64,000 bases of DNA from Oikopleura dioica. Its lineage: Eukaryota > Animalia > Chordata. Position numbers and translations under genes: made by a program. Each line of letters opens with the position of its first letter. Positions within the stretch are counted from its first letter, which is position 1. The DNA is taken from the NCBI GenBank assembly GCA_907165135.1, contig OU015567.1, positions 7,812,001 to 7,876,000 on the forward strand. The letters run 5' to 3'. The notes beneath the pieces were generated by a model. That model made no database searches. It worked only from the letters and a program-made list of their open reading frames with translations, and was not told where the DNA came from. Shown here piece after piece: positions 39,170-53,441 of the stretch.

Positions 39170-42100
39170 TGATTATGCTGACGATTACGCGAGCTTCGGA
39201 AAGAATTAAAAGCTCGATTCCAGGCGGAAAATCGACTTATTGAAGGACTACACGATGCGCAGCACAATGCTATTAACGAGTACGCGGAATATTGCCGCCG
39301 GAGAGCCGAAATTGAAACTGAATACTTTCGCAGCTTGAGGAGGCTACATTCTAGGGAAGGATCATCAATATATCAAGAGATAAATTTAGACTCGCTTTCG
39401 AAATCTTGTGAAATCTTCCGTTTTAGGGAAACTGGTTTCCGGTAATTCCAGTGCCTGAGAAAAACCCCAGCAAACCGAGTGACCCGGGTTCTCCAGATTC
39501 TGGAGTCCAGAATATTATTAGCATAACATGATTCTCTCACAGATGTACCGACAAACGGAATGATTCCAAAACATCAAGGCACTGGTTGTCAGAGAGGGGA
39601 TTTCCATCGCTACAGGAAGCCTGGGAAAGCAACATGGAAAGACTGAAGGCAGACATAAAGGCTCATGAAAGACTTACTCAGGAATACAACCAGATCATCA
39701 TCCCGCGTCTCCAGCAATCCGACGAGTTTCTGAACCGAATGTGTCGCCGATCTGGCGAAGTCGATCAAACCTCGCAGGCCGAGTTAGATAGGCAAATGAA
39801 AACGTTGGAGAAGACGCTCAAGTATTACATCCAAAGTCGAAACGATCAACGCCAAGCGAAGACGAAATTATCTGGAATCGAGAATGAATCGTCTTCGAGA
39901 AGTCTTCACAACCGGAAACGCGAGGATCGCCTTTCAAGGGTTCGTACATTTGCTGAATAGCTTTGCATTCTAATGATTATTAGAGACGCCAAAAATACAC
40001 GGAGAAAGACAAGGCCTTCCAGCAGATGAAGAACGATTTCGTTCTCCAACTCAAAGCCACGCAAGCCTGCTTCAACACCTATTACGAGTCACGGTTGCCG
40101 GAAATTGTTGATTCCTGCGCATTGGGATTCCACGCGATAGTGCGTCACGCGCAAAAAGCGACGATCCAGTCTGAAAAAAATGTTCTCCAAGAGAGGCTCT
40201 CGAGGTGCAACGCGTCGCTCAAGCGGCTGGAAAATGTGAATAGCAAATCGGACATGGAACATCTGAAGAACCTAGTCCCGGATATGTTCAAAGAGTTCTC
40301 GCTGGAATTTAAGGAGCTCGACCACAGTGTTGATATCAACGAAGACAGCTACAAAGGATTGGCGATGCAGTCAGAGCAAATTCAAGGAAGACTCCATGGA
40401 GTGGAAGAGGACTTTCAGAGCTCGAGAAAACGCGCTGATAGAGCAAGAGATGATCTAATGAATAATCTTCCCAATCTCACAGAAGTGATACCTCCCGGAT
40501 CTGAAGGTAACTTTCTCTTCTTTGATTTCACTGAAACCATTTCAGTAATTTACAAATTACCTCATTAATTGTAATTATAAACACGATTTCTATATACAGG
40601 TCCCCCCTAAAGCCTGTCAGTTTCAAATTTGCAGCCGAATTTCTCTTGAGATATTCAAGACTTTTCATCTTGTCGTTATTTCAAATTATAGATTTTCTCA
40701 ATTTTACTGTCTGAGCACCCCTTGGAAATCGGTCGAATAGTGCCACCGGTTTCAAAAGTAGAACCCCCAAATTCATCTAGCGATAGCTTGACACCCTCAT
40801 GTGGATAACTTCCCCTTTGGGCAACGCCTACTAACGCATCAGACATAACCGGTAAATGGTGAAATTAACTCGGTATTCATCATTTCATTCTTTAATTATG
40901 GTCTTCAGAAACGCGGAACCGGACGGAGCTAGAAAATGAGTTCTTCGAACATCTGGGCAAGTTGTCTGAGCTGGAGTTGCAGAAGAGCAAAATGTCGGCG
41001 AAATCGGAGCACTTGACAAAATCTCTTGGTAAGACAACGTTTTTCGAAGGTTTCTTGACCTTTTCGTTTTAAGAAAATGCGGGCCCTATCGCTGCAAGAC
41101 TGCGTGCACGAGAGAAACGCAGCAAAGAAGCAAATAGTCATCTGCGTAAATCTCGATACATTCTACCAAGCGATATTCAGCTCTTCGGAGGGCGATTGTT
41201 GGAGCAAGTACAGCTCTCTGGCCAGGCAGTGCCGAGGATAATTTCCAGCTGCGTTCGATGCATCACTAGACACGGCCTTTACCATCAAGGCATCTTCCGC
41301 GTTAATGGAGTTCAGGCTGAAGTTGCTAGGGTAAGAAAATGAGTTCCAACTAACAAAAATTTATCGCATATTTGTAGCTACAGGATGCCTATTCATCGGG
41401 CGAAGATCCGCTCGCGGAATGCAAAGATACCCTCTTTTACGACATTAATTCCGTCGCTGGCGTTCTCAAGATGTACCTCCGGAAGCTCGAGACGAAGCTG
41501 ATACCAGATGACGTCTTCGAAGAATTCAACGACGCGGCGAGCATCAAAGACGAGATCCTCAGAGCAGAGAAAGTCAGGACTATCCTTAAGGCGATTCCGG
41601 ACTCGATCCTGATTGTCATGCGATATATTTTCCAGTTTTTGCATCAGTAAGCCACATTTTCAGCAAACTTAAACTTAAATCGCTACCTAGTTTGTCAATG
41701 AACTCTGACGAAAATATGATGGACGCGTATAACCTGGCGGTGTGTTTTGGCCCCTCCGTAATCGACATTCCTAACCATGCCAATCCAGTCATGTGCCAGG
41801 CGAACATAAACAACGTAATAAAGGTATGCGCGCGAGTTCCACGCCAGTTCGATGTTCCAACTCATTCAGACCATGATCGAATGCGCAGAAGACATCTTTC
41901 CAGACCATTTGGAAGGGCCGCTGTACGAACGTCATGTGGATGCAATTGTCAACGATTCCGAAGACAACATGTCTTCCGTCGCAGATTCCGCTTCCAATCC
42001 AGGCTCGCCGCAATTGGGGCTGAATCTCCAGACTGGATCCAACTCGTCAAAATCGTCACAAAATGAGATGTTGGATTCGCCAACCTCGGAAACGAACTTA

Positions 42101-42660
42101 TTTCCATATCACTCCGGAAAAGGGCAAATTATACGATCAAGCATTCAAGCAGCTGAGTCTGGGGGTAGAAAATCTCAAGCTGTTCTCCGTTTCATAAATT
42201 TATTCAGAATTTATCGGTGAAGCAATCGCAGCATACGATTATAAAGCGCGCTCTCAGAAAGAACTTGGCCTCCAGAAAGGCTGCAGAGTATTCCTCAAGA
42301 AGAAAATGAGGTGATTTTCGATTTATTTGGTCAGTTTTTGATATTTCACAACTGTAGTCCCGACTGGTGGAGAGGGCAAGTCAACGGCGTGGAAGGTCTC
42401 GTTCCTCATATTTATCTGACCTTTGCAGGATCCAGGTATGCCGGCGATTCCTTATCCATAAGCTAACCTGCTTAAAAATTTAGCTCGAGCTCAACACTTT
42501 CCGAAAAATCACAATCTTCACTTCACAGACACCGCTTTGGCGATCGCTCACTGCGCCAAGATCCCAGATTTCAAAAACATCACCAAGGTAAGCTTCCTTT
42601 TTCACCGAAATCCGTTATTTTTGGCATTTAGTGAACTACACGCGACACAAGGAAATATAA
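39170..42660 (+). CDS. SRGAP: SLIT-ROBO Rho GTPase-activating protein family (F-BAR, RhoGAP, SH3); 5' end uncertain
   Basis: F-BAR RRAEIETEYFRSLRRL; RhoGAP QLFGG..VPRII..C..GLYHQGIFRV and NLAVCFGPS; SH3 AYDYKARSQKEL...DWWRGQVNGVEGLVP. Confidence 0.9.
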
Positions 42661-44245
42661 TGCACTCTTTGAAACTCACCAGTATCACCTCGATGATTAA
42701 AAAAAACTCAGAGATTCTTCTACACAATTCTTGCCTCACGTCAAAACTAAAACCCCGATACCAAAAGAACAAAGCCTCCAAAAAATGAACAAACTATTCA
42801 TTCTATCTTGCTCAAAGTCAACCTCTCGCTCAACCGAACAAAGCATTCAAAAATTAACTTTTACTAATTTCGCTGAGGAGTTCTCCTCGTTGCCTGCAAA
42901 AAAATGCTTCTAGACAAACCGATCTAACCTCTTAACTCGTCGTTACCCTTTATCACGATTTCACCGACAAAAACAATTAAGAAATCCAAACCGATTTACC
43001 CCTTTTTTACCTTCTTATCGGTCTTTTTTCCTCGTGCATTTCTTTTCTTTATTCTCACTTTATATTTATATTCTCAGAAGAATGGCCATCTTCGCCACTC
43101 ATACTGGTTAGAGCCTTGGTTCCTAACCAGGCCTAATAAATTTTCAAAGTTCAAGAAATAAACTGTAAAGCAAAATTGGTCTTCTGTGATCTATTGTCAT
43201 TTTCGAACTTCACGTACCAAATTTGTACTGAAAGGAGAGAAGCAAGTGTTAATTGAATGGAGGTCTATTTTCTGATCAGCCGCATATTTCTTTTTCTTCC
43301 CGAATGAGATGATTTTATGTTGTTTCTTTGGCAACTTAAAGGTGTAAAGGTAATCCAATATAGGGACACGTCTAGCTCGCCTTTGATATAAACGCAAGCG
43401 CTACACGTAAGCGGCCGGTTTCTTATCAGTTGCTCCCCTCCTCCGCTCCGGTGTGGTGCTCCTTGAGCTACTAGACGAGACCGTTCAACCAACTGGTGCT
43501 GCGTGATGCAATCCACTCCACCTGCGTATTACCACATCGACTAAAACCTAAACAACGCTGACGTGAGTTGGTGGAACCTACATCATGCCGTGGTCCAATT
43601 TAGCCTGGTTGGACTCATGCCAAACCGCAAATTCTTTTTCTGTGCCAACTCAGCCCTAGAATCATTTTTTACTCATCCTATTCTTTTTTTCTCCCTAAGA
43701 GTTGTATAAAAAATTGTTCAAATAACTCAATGTAAATGCTTTGTTATTATTTTTTGATGATTTTCATCAAAAAATCCTGCATAAAATTATGAAAATAATT
43801 TTTTTTTCGAGTCATTTTGTATTTTTACGCATAATAAAACATACAGTTATGTACAGATAGAATGAGATCCAGGAAAGAACTTTACAGTATTTCATTTTTT
43901 GTCACTTGTATAAGAACTTATGGTCCGTGATTCCGGACTTTCACCTTCGAATACACACGGCTGTGCACCAGCCTGAGCGGTTCTTTGTTTTCTTGTGACG
44001 TTTCATGATTGAATTATAAGTCGGGATTGATGTTTATCGATGGGAAGAGAAGTAGTGGTTGTTGTGATTGTTTAAATGGTCAAACTTCGTTCAAACAGGT
44101 TCAGTCTTTTACGATTTTTTGTTTTCTTATTGCTCCGAGGCGAGGACTTGATTGTGTCGTAGTCGTTGTGCGAGGAGAAGGTGATCTAGATGTAAACGTT
44201 AAATTCGCGGTTCATTTTAAGTAGTGCGGGATTAACGAGTACTTG

Positions 44246-45524
44246 CTACACGTGTCCCTGTATTTTACCGTTAGAGAGGCCTCCGTTGTAAGCGGATGAG
44301 AGGCTGGCTCCAAGAGGAAAGTATGGTGATCCTTGTGCGAGTCGAACAGAAGAAGCCTGAATTTATTGGTTAATCATTTGGTCAAATTTTTTTTCATACA
44401 AAATTTTTGCATTATTGAAAAATTTTTAATTACTCAAAATTTTTGATGAGCATTACCTCAAGCGATAGATGAGGGTTGTACGCTGGAATAGAAGCGGCTT
44501 GTGAGGCACTCGATTCTGGCAAAAAAGCAAGTCGCATCTTGGCAAGCTGTTCTTCGGCAGAAAGAACTGGAGTTTTCGCTGGAGCCGGTGTTTCATCAAT
44601 GCCAGGTCTCCAGAAAGCAGGCTTCTTTGGAGTCTCGCATTTTTCAACTTTGACGGATTCGGACTTTCGATTCATTCGTTCTTCTTCTCGTCGGACGAGC
44701 TCGTTGATTTTGTCCTTGTTCTCCAAGAACTTGTCGGAGGAGGAGGTTCTCCTTGAGCATTTGGTCGTTTTTGCCGGTGATTCTGGTCATTTCTTCCTCG
44801 AGCCATCGCATTCTGAAGAGATTTGTTAGTTGGGCAAGTGAGTAGCTCGCGCATATAAGGATTTTCATCAATTTCGATAAAACGTCAAATTCGTGCACGT
44901 CAACGTGGCCGCGGCTGAGTTGTAGTTTCCGAAAGTAGTGTTATCACTGCGAACCCGTGGCCCTAGCCCCTTGTTGATTAACGACGTGACGTTCTCGGCC
45001 ACGTAAATGTGCTCTCTAACGTGCGTTTGTTCAAAGAAGCGAGGTGAAAAAATGCTACGGTGAAAAATTGCTAGGGGTTGGGGCCTCAACCCTGCTAGGG
45101 TCTAAGCCGACAACGTGCAGCACAAGGCGCGTTTCACGAGATTTTTATCGACTGTTTTCAACATGAATAATCCTCAAGGCTTCAAAAAACTGCTGACAAG
45201 CCAAAAAAGGGTTAGTTCTTACCGAGCTTTTTGTCGGTCTCGAGCTCGCTGGGCGGATTCTCGGTTGCGGAGCTTCTTTCGCATGATAGCTTCTTCGATT
45301 TCTTCAGGTGTTCGCTTGGAACCAGCTCGGATGGAGCTTTGCACCTGTTGCTTGACGTCGTTGTAGTCGATTTCTGGCCGCTCTTCGCCGGAAATGTTTC
45401 CAGAATCGGAGGATCCGTGCACAGAGTGCATGTGGTCCCGTGGAGAGGAGGGATTCTCGCTCTTGTAGGCCATGGCGGCGTTGAATTTCTCTTCAAGTCC
45501 CTTCGAAAGCATTTGCTCCATCAT
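44246..45524 (-). CDS. XBP1-like bZIP transcription factor, paralog A (intron 44813-45222 splits the bZIP)
   Basis: RKKLRNRESAQRARDRQKARMRWLEEE resembles the XBP1 basic region (KNRVAAQTARDRKKARM); apparent indel at about 44708-44711. Confidence 0.8.
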
Positions 45525-46490
45525 CTTCTTAGGATCTTTGCGTGTCTTTGGCGGTCTCTGGGTCGGTTAATTTATAAAAAGTGTTTAAAAACTAGAAAGC
45601 TTTTTGCGCGTCTGGTGTGGAAAGTGCAATATGAGTTTATGCCAATGTGAGGAATGGTTCCATGCAAAAACGAGAAGTGGAAAACGCGGCGCCAGCGCAG
45701 CAAGGGGGCGCTAGCAGCTCACCGAGTCAACCCCCTTTTCTTATTTCTTGAGCAACGCGGATAAGGGATGACGAGGGGACACTTCAGGGAAAGGGACGCG
45801 GTAACGTAGCGCTGCGCAAAGTGACGCAAGAAACACCACCACCACCACCGTGACCGATGCCACAAAGATGCCAATCCCGTTAATGTAAATTACGTGTTTA
45901 ATCTTAGCCGCACAAATTTTATTTAAGCAAGTTGATAAATTTTAAACAGCGCGTTAATGACACGTCTTCATTTTTATCGAGTTTATTTAGCATTCGAAAT
46001 AATATCATAATATTATTCTTCTCCAGCGAATTTTATCGCACAACTGTGCATAGCATTTGCTTGATATAAATTTGTCATAAAATTTTATTGTTCTAATAAC
46101 CTAAAATTCGTCGCATTGCTCAGAATAATTATCATTCGAAAATGGTCAATTGTATAAATAAAATATATAGATTGAAATTATTGGAGTTTATTCTTGTTTA
46201 AAAAATTTCAGAAAGCAAAAGATAAAAGAAAAAGGATTTTTGGCTGAGGACACGAATAGCGTCAAATGATGAAGCTGGAGGACCAGCTGAGAGGGCAGCC
46301 ACACACATGGACAGAGGAGTGAAGAAGGGATCAGTCCGGCGTGACCTTGGCGTGGCGCCAACGCTAGACTCTTCGAAAGAAGCGTTGCCAACTTTCAGAT
46401 TGTCAGATCGCCTTTCGTGACAGACTGGTTAGGGAGATGTTGCTTGGATGAAAAGTACTGTAATACAGTCAAGACTCGAAGAAGAGTAGC

Positions 46491-47890
46491 TTAGTAGTCG
46501 ATTTCGTCGTCATCGAAATCCTCGCAGTTGTCGTAGTCGTCGTGAAGATCCTCGTATTCATATTCGTCTGGGTTTCCCATCAGCATGAAATTTTTATGGT
46601 ACACCTCGTCTGCTCGATGTTCGATTAAATAGGAGAAGAAACCGGAGGGAGATCGCCACCATGAGGCTGATTGAAATTCGTACCAGCAGCGCTTGAAGAC
46701 TTCTTTCCATGAGAAATTTTTAGTCACCAGCGGGTAGGTATTTTGCATTTTTTCCATCACGTAAGAGAGAGCGTATTTTTTGAAGAATATCAGAAATTTT
46801 TCCAAAAAGAAAAACTTCAATCTTCTTTACCAGTCAATCATAATTGATCGGTCTTAAAATAGGTGAAATATGAAATGATATTTTTATATTTTGTTTAACA
46901 CGTCGGCGGTCGGAACGTTGCGTAATTCATCTTAAGGGCGGCGTAATATATTGTGAGGGTAAGTTAACAAACAGAAACGCTGTCGGTATCGTGGACGTCT
47001 TCGAGCGCGCGTGGAGTGTGGTGGATCGCGGTGGAGGAGGAGGAGGAGTCTAGTAGCGCCGAGAGTCTTTTTTGCAACGGTCGGGCAAATGCGGTGTAGT
47101 TATTAACGTCATTCAATGAGCTGGACTTTGGTGTTGCATTTGGAGTATCCGCCGTCACTTCAATGAAAAGCCTATCAATTCGTAGTTACTATTTATGCCC
47201 ATAACAAACTTTCAATAGAGAATGACCACTTTTTAATCTTTTGAAAAAAATCATATTTTTAGTTACACGATTCAATACGCCTCGATATCTGAAGGAAGAG
47301 GAGAATTAACCGGCTAGCTTTAGCCTATAGGCTGACCGAATAAAAGCACGAGGGACGCGTCGCCTAGATCATCATCATCCGCCTCCCGCCAAATTGAATA
47401 AGTCAGAATAGCCCGGTAAACTGATTTCCTTGGCGGAACCCAGTCTGGCACTCGTCTGTCCTCAATCTTGTCTACCATCCATCGTGGGTTTTTTTGAAGA
47501 AACAAAATTTCTTAGAAGACTTTTTGATTGAAGCCAACTTATCAACAGAACTAACTCCTGCAGTAATAATTGATTGGCTCTTCAATTTGAGATTGGTTAT
47601 CCATTCTAAACTCCTTGTGTTCATCAGATTTGGAACAGTTCTTGATCGAGCTTGTCTCCTTGTTGTGTTTAAATATTTCTGTGATGCTTCTGCTGGGTTT
47701 GTATTGGTTAGACAGATCGGCCACTGTATCAAAGATTAAGAATAGAAGGTTCCATTCGGCTTGGCCTGCATTTTTCATGACTCGGCCTGAGGGCTGAGCG
47801 CGCGCTGAATATTCTAGCGGGACAAGTGAGCCCAAATGCCCACCACTGAGTTTTCTAATTCTGAAATATTCACACTCCTGATATATCGCC
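46491..47890 (-). CDS. Unknown multi-exon coding region(s)
   Basis: Coding-like segments (AEWNLLFLIFDTV..., PRWMVDKIEDRRVPDW..., FSWKEVFKRCWYEF...DDDEIDY*); no family recognised. Confidence 0.4.
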
Positions 47891-48871
47891 ATACTTTCAA
47901 ATCGCATTCATTGCGAATTCATTACAACCAAATACGAAGACACTATATAAATATATTTTTTATTGAAACAGTAACACTTGATTAATGACTACATTTACCA
48001 CGTATCTGGCCAAGAATTCATTTTATATCGTTGAAGTTTTCTCTTTCATATTCTTTTATATTTGTGCATCTTCTCATCTGACTATTATCGATCTAATTGG
48101 CACCTCTGAAGGTTATAATCACTACAAAAAATACCTCTGGGTTTTCATAAGATTTTAAATTGAATAAATGAAACAAGTCAAAGCGAAAAGAGAAATAGAA
48201 CGGCAAATATGTCCCTCCGGCTATTGTCCAAGATCTCAAGATCTCGTCATGTTTACCTTTAGTTTTCGTACTATTAGAACAAGAAGCTCTTTCATTTAAC
48301 CATCTTTAACGGCCTTTTACATTTGTTAATCGAAACTACATTGCTCCAGAAACAATATGGTCCGTTACCTTAAAAGTCTGCTCTCTGTAGAAAATATTTT
48401 TCATCAAGGAATATTATAAGAAAACGATGGATTAATTTTTTCACATTTATTTTTTGATCGACAGTATCGACAAAAATAGTTATTTACAAAGATTTTCGCA
48501 GAAAGAAGTGGTTCGCGCGCAGCAAAAAGTATACTTTTTTTTGTACTAGTGCAGAAGTAAATCAAAACGGTTGCTCAGTGCTGAATCGTCAGTTTTCTTA
48601 GGAGGCTAAAAATCAGGAAAAAAATCAGACCGAGATTCCGGTCTTATGTCTGGTTAACGTTAACGGAAAAAAATACGAAACTTTGAACTTTGCAGAAACA
48701 AGCGGTTTTTTTCGCGTTTCAATATTTTTCAAACCAAAGCGCGGTTAAAAAATAATAGCGATGAAACTGGAGTAGCGTTACTTTACAAAATTGGCGCGTA
48801 AAGGCTTTTTTTTTGGCAGTATTTTGAAGATTGGCGGCGTTTTTCGCGTTTTTTCAGCAGTGTTTTTAAAT

Positions 48872-50962
48872 TTACATATTGTCACCGTCCTCCGAGTGGG
48901 TGTGTTCGGTGCCGATGCCGTGGTCGGAATCGGAGCGGACGGGAGAGCCGACGTCGATTTCCTCGTCTATGTCTTCGATCTCGCAGTCGTCCTCGACGAA
49001 ATCTGGGGACTCGCGGCCCTGCTTGTCCATGTGCATGGTTCCTCCGGGCGAGAGTCGGACAGAAGGAAGAGGAGGCATGAAAGGCGAGTTTCGATGGCTC
49101 TGAAGAAATGGTTAAACATTGCTCTTGATTTAGCTCTGCTGGAGAAAATTCTGCCCCGAGCGAGAGCTCGTTACCGTGGGTCGATATGAAACCTGGTTAG
49201 GGATGATGCCGCCGAGAGGAGTAGACAGATTCACGCCTGAGTATCGCGCGCTTCCTAAACAATAAAATTGAGAATAATTTTTAAGAAATCGTCGTCTACG
49301 AGATCGCAAAATGAGATTAAAAAAATCGAATGCGTGACGATGGAATTTTTAAATAAATCAAATTCTGAATAAAAATACCTTGGCTTGGTTTGAGATGAGA
49401 AGTGATTCCGCTGGCAGTTATTCTATCGGAAATCATGGAGGACAATTCTTTCTTTTCCTCGCTGGCAGACTTGGATAAGAAACCAATTGAGAAGGATGAC
49501 TTTCCACGGCGAGGGCTAAATGAAATCATGACCAAATGCTCATTAATATTCACGGATTTCATGATGGAAAAAATATTGAGAATCACACAAACCTGTAGCT
49601 GCCGGAATCTTCAGAATCAGATGATCGCGATGACTGTTCTTTGGCGATGGATTCGTTTTCTTTTTGAAGAAGAAGATTGAGCTTTTGCGACTGTTCGCCG
49701 AGCATGTGTCGCATGTAGGTATTTTCGCGGAGGAGATTGTCATGTCGTTCGGTGACCAGTCGAACTTGATCCTCGAGCCATCGCATCCTAAACGAATGAT
49801 TATGAGATCATTGTTGGCATTAAATGATTTTTAGCGCAAATGAAGTGGGACACGTCATAAATCACGGCACAAGATCAGTCTCGATCAGTTGAGGGCTGAG
49901 CTCCTGTCGAGTAGATTAGGCTGGTAATTTCTTGTACGTTTCAAATTTGAATGGAACGCGCGCCGCATGGTGTGGTGGAGGAGCGCCGGTGCTAACTACA
50001 CCAGCTCCAGGAATCCAACTCAGCGCGGTGCGGCGCAATTCAGCGCGGACAACGCGATTCTAAGAACGCGACGTGAAACCGCTACGCCATTACACAACCC
50101 CCTAATTTACCGTGATAACTTTGATTAGCAGCGCGCCCGTTTTTTTCACACCAAAATCATAATTTTTATTCAAAGGGTTCTTAATTCCAACCAAACATTG
50201 TTCTTATTAATTTTAAAAAAGCAGCTTTCAAAAAAGGATTAATGATTAATAGTAGCTCAAGAAAAACTTTCCTGAGTCGAATCTGAGTCGAGTAAAACTG
50301 AATCTGGTTTGAACGCGCTTCAATTATTGATGACTCTGCTCAGTTTGAATGTTTTGTGCATTCTAAATTGAGCAGAGAGCAAGTGTGCATGGATTAGGGA
50401 CTCTTTGGCGAATAATTAAAACGGCTCTGACGTCAATTGGAACGTTTGATTCAACGTTGGGAAGATGTCCACGTGTTTCTTTTCAAGAGTTTTATTTATT
50501 CAATCGAAAAATTATTGTATTTTATCTCTGAAAAAAAATCTATCGACCGAAAATTAAACAATCAAACTTACTTGGCCTTGAATCGGTCCCGAGCTCGTTG
50601 CGCTGATTCTCGGTTCTTCTGCTTCTTGCGTTCCCGCATTTCCTCGACTTCATGTGGCGATCTTTTCAATCCCATTTTGTTAAAGTGCGAAATCTTGAGT
50701 CTTTTTCTTGTCCTCAAAGGTAGTTTTCAAAATGTGCGTTGTAGAATTGCGAGTAGAATTCTCTTTCTCCCTCTCGATCTTCTTTTTTTGATGTGTTCAC
50801 GTTTGCTTGTTGAGGACAACTGTGATCGTTAGTCCGCACCGCTTGGTTCCATTCACGTTCGAGCGCAGATAGCGCCGCGCGCCGCGCTCGGGCGCCTATG
50901 CGATCTTTTGCGCGAAGACACGCAGCCGCCCGTTTCTTGGAGCTAGGTGTTACCACGTTCAA
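48872..50962 (-). CDS. XBP1-like bZIP transcription factor, paralog B (intron 49788-50571); start uncertain
   Basis: RKKQKNRESAQRARDRFKAKMRWLEDQ; intron at the same position and phase as in paralog A; apparent indel at 50724-50727. Confidence 0.8.
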
Positions 50963-53441
50963 CTTCTAAATATCCCCATAGGACCACTCTTCTAAATCCA
51001 TACACAATCCATAGACGGCTTTTGGAAGGCGTGCTTGCTTGTTAGCGTGTCTCCTTGACGTTTAAATGGTGAGTTAATCGCTAACAGGCAAAATACTATA
51101 GGTAGGATTTTCTTTATTTCCTTTTCAAAATTTTGACTTATTTTTTCATAGATTTTTAGACTGACAAAAAAATTTTATAATTTTCGTCAGAATAGATATT
51201 CTGCAAAATCAGAACTCTCGTCAGACACGAGGAGCCATGAGTGACAAGCAAGTGATGTCGATGAACGCGCTAGAAAAGCAAAACTCGGAGACAGACTCTT
51301 TCCGGAGAAACACTTGATGATGACGATAGAAGGGAACGTTCCATTTCGAAGAGATACGTCGTCATTTTTCAGCGAACGGACTTCCGCTTTTATACTGTAA
51401 CCAAAAAATTCTTATTGAAATAGGAAGAACTAGGAATAAGCCTTATTGCCAATAAGTTTTTGGAATTAACGATTGTTTCAAAATCATAAATACCTTGATT
51501 TATTTTTAATTGTAGAAGAGAGTCAAATTAATATGGGAACGAGTTTCTTTCGATTTGGCCTTGATAATGATTTGCGGTTACGTCTTTTCTGCACTTCCGG
51601 TTTTGATGTCAACCGAGAAAGGCAACGTCACTGCTTATAGCCGCTAAACGCAATGCGATGTGAATACATGCGCTACCTATCGTTAACGTCGTTTTCGCTG
51701 AAAGTTGCGCTGGATACTAGCTTCGACAACAAGCGCCAACTACACCTGCCAGCTCAGCTCCACCGCCGTTTAGCCTCGCACCAGCTAAGCGCGCACGCCT
51801 TTCACTCCACCGCCAATCCACGATCGCAACTCTCAGAAATTACTACACTTACCTAATGAACACTAAACGACAGTAGTAGGATCCTTTCTTCTCTGATAAG
51901 CCTTGCTACGTATTTCTAGCTAAAGAAGATAATTTTTATTCTTATTTTCAAACAACAGGTTTTCGACGAATCCAGTTTTTTTCTGATAAAAGTATCCAAA
52001 TTATTTTGAACCCTGTTGACATAATAAAATCGTTTTAATAGCCGACCAACTTGATATTCAATAAGGTAGACTTAATTTACGCAAATGCCCTTATCTTGGA
52101 TGCATGCTTCCTAGTAGGGTACGTGCCGTGGAAGTGATGGTGTTAAAGGGAATTGATAGTCCTCCCGCGTGGATGTTTATACTAACTCAAGTGTCTCATG
52201 TCACTCAGACATCGATGATCCTATAATTGCTAGTTTTAAGTAAACAACCTTATCTTTTAACGACATATTATAAAGCTTAAAGCTTTTTCAATAAATTTTA
52301 CAATTTAGATTGACCTTTGGTATCAATATATTTGATTCTGTTCAAAATGCTCCAGATGTAAAAGTGAAACATCTCTTTTTGATATTTTACCAAGTAGAAT
52401 TATCAACATTTTAAAGAAAAAATAACGCGTTAAATTTACATCCACGTCCGTCTTCTGCGGATCAACGTGCTTGAAATTTGGAAATAAACCCGCGCGAGCT
52501 CATAATAAACCGTAAACGAAAGCTTAGTTTCCTCGAGATTATAATAAAAAAGCCAGACATTCGGTAAAAAATTGCTTGATTCAATCGCAATTTGTCTATT
52601 ATTTCTTTTTCATCTTTCCAATGAGCGTCATTTCATGCATAAATTTTGACAATTGGATACTCACCGATTTACAAGAAAGAAAAAAGAGCGGATCACTTGA
52701 TAGCGCGGTAATTGAGCGGTGTTGTCCGAAAACACGAATAAACATAACTTACGCAGGTTATCGGAACAAGTCGTCATCGCATGTAACTGATCATAACAAA
52801 GTAGTGTTTATTGTCGCACTATTGATACCCCAAGATAAATATAATATATTCCATCGTCACTAATTTTATGAACGAGTTAGTGCATAACTGCTATTTTCAA
52901 AACAACTCCCACGTACTTTGATCAAGTGCGTCACAAGTTGAATCGTGTAGTCCCAGGTAGAACACGTGGATAGTAATTATTGCGATTTAGCTCTACAATA
53001 TTCTTTGCTTCATGACATACGCATAATATTGATCGTAACAATTAATATCGTCTGATAATCTCTAACTTTTGCAAAGTAAAACCTCTTCTTTGGATTTTAA
53101 AATATACTTTATTTGATTGAGCATTAACATTAATTGCATTAAATAATAATGTACCAACACAAATTGGTATAAGCATACAGAAAAGACAGATGAAAAAGAA
53201 GAGGGAAAGAGAGATTTGCAGGAAATTGGTAGGACAATAGCCCATTTTTCAATGGGTAATAAACATGGTGTTTATAATAACTGGGGAGTTTTTATATATT
53301 TTTAAACGGGTGATGAATTGCGAAATGGATTATTGCGTGTAGGCTGGTGTAGGACTTTTGTACCATTCGAGCATTTCGGATGGTCGAGCGTTGCTGCTTT
53401 GTCGTTCAGCGACGGACCGCGCGAGGAGAAAAAGCCTTCGT

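Noticed and set aside
43415-43435. TTCTTATCAGTT resembling part of U2 snRNA
   Set aside because: The 12-nt match does not extend to the flanking U2 sequence.
44640-44760. IRE1-type unconventional splicing to explain the frame change after the bZIP
   Set aside because: The needed shift is removal of 3n+1 nt whereas XBP1 introns are 3n+2; no paired CNG-CNG stem-loops were seen; paralog alignment favours a simple indel.
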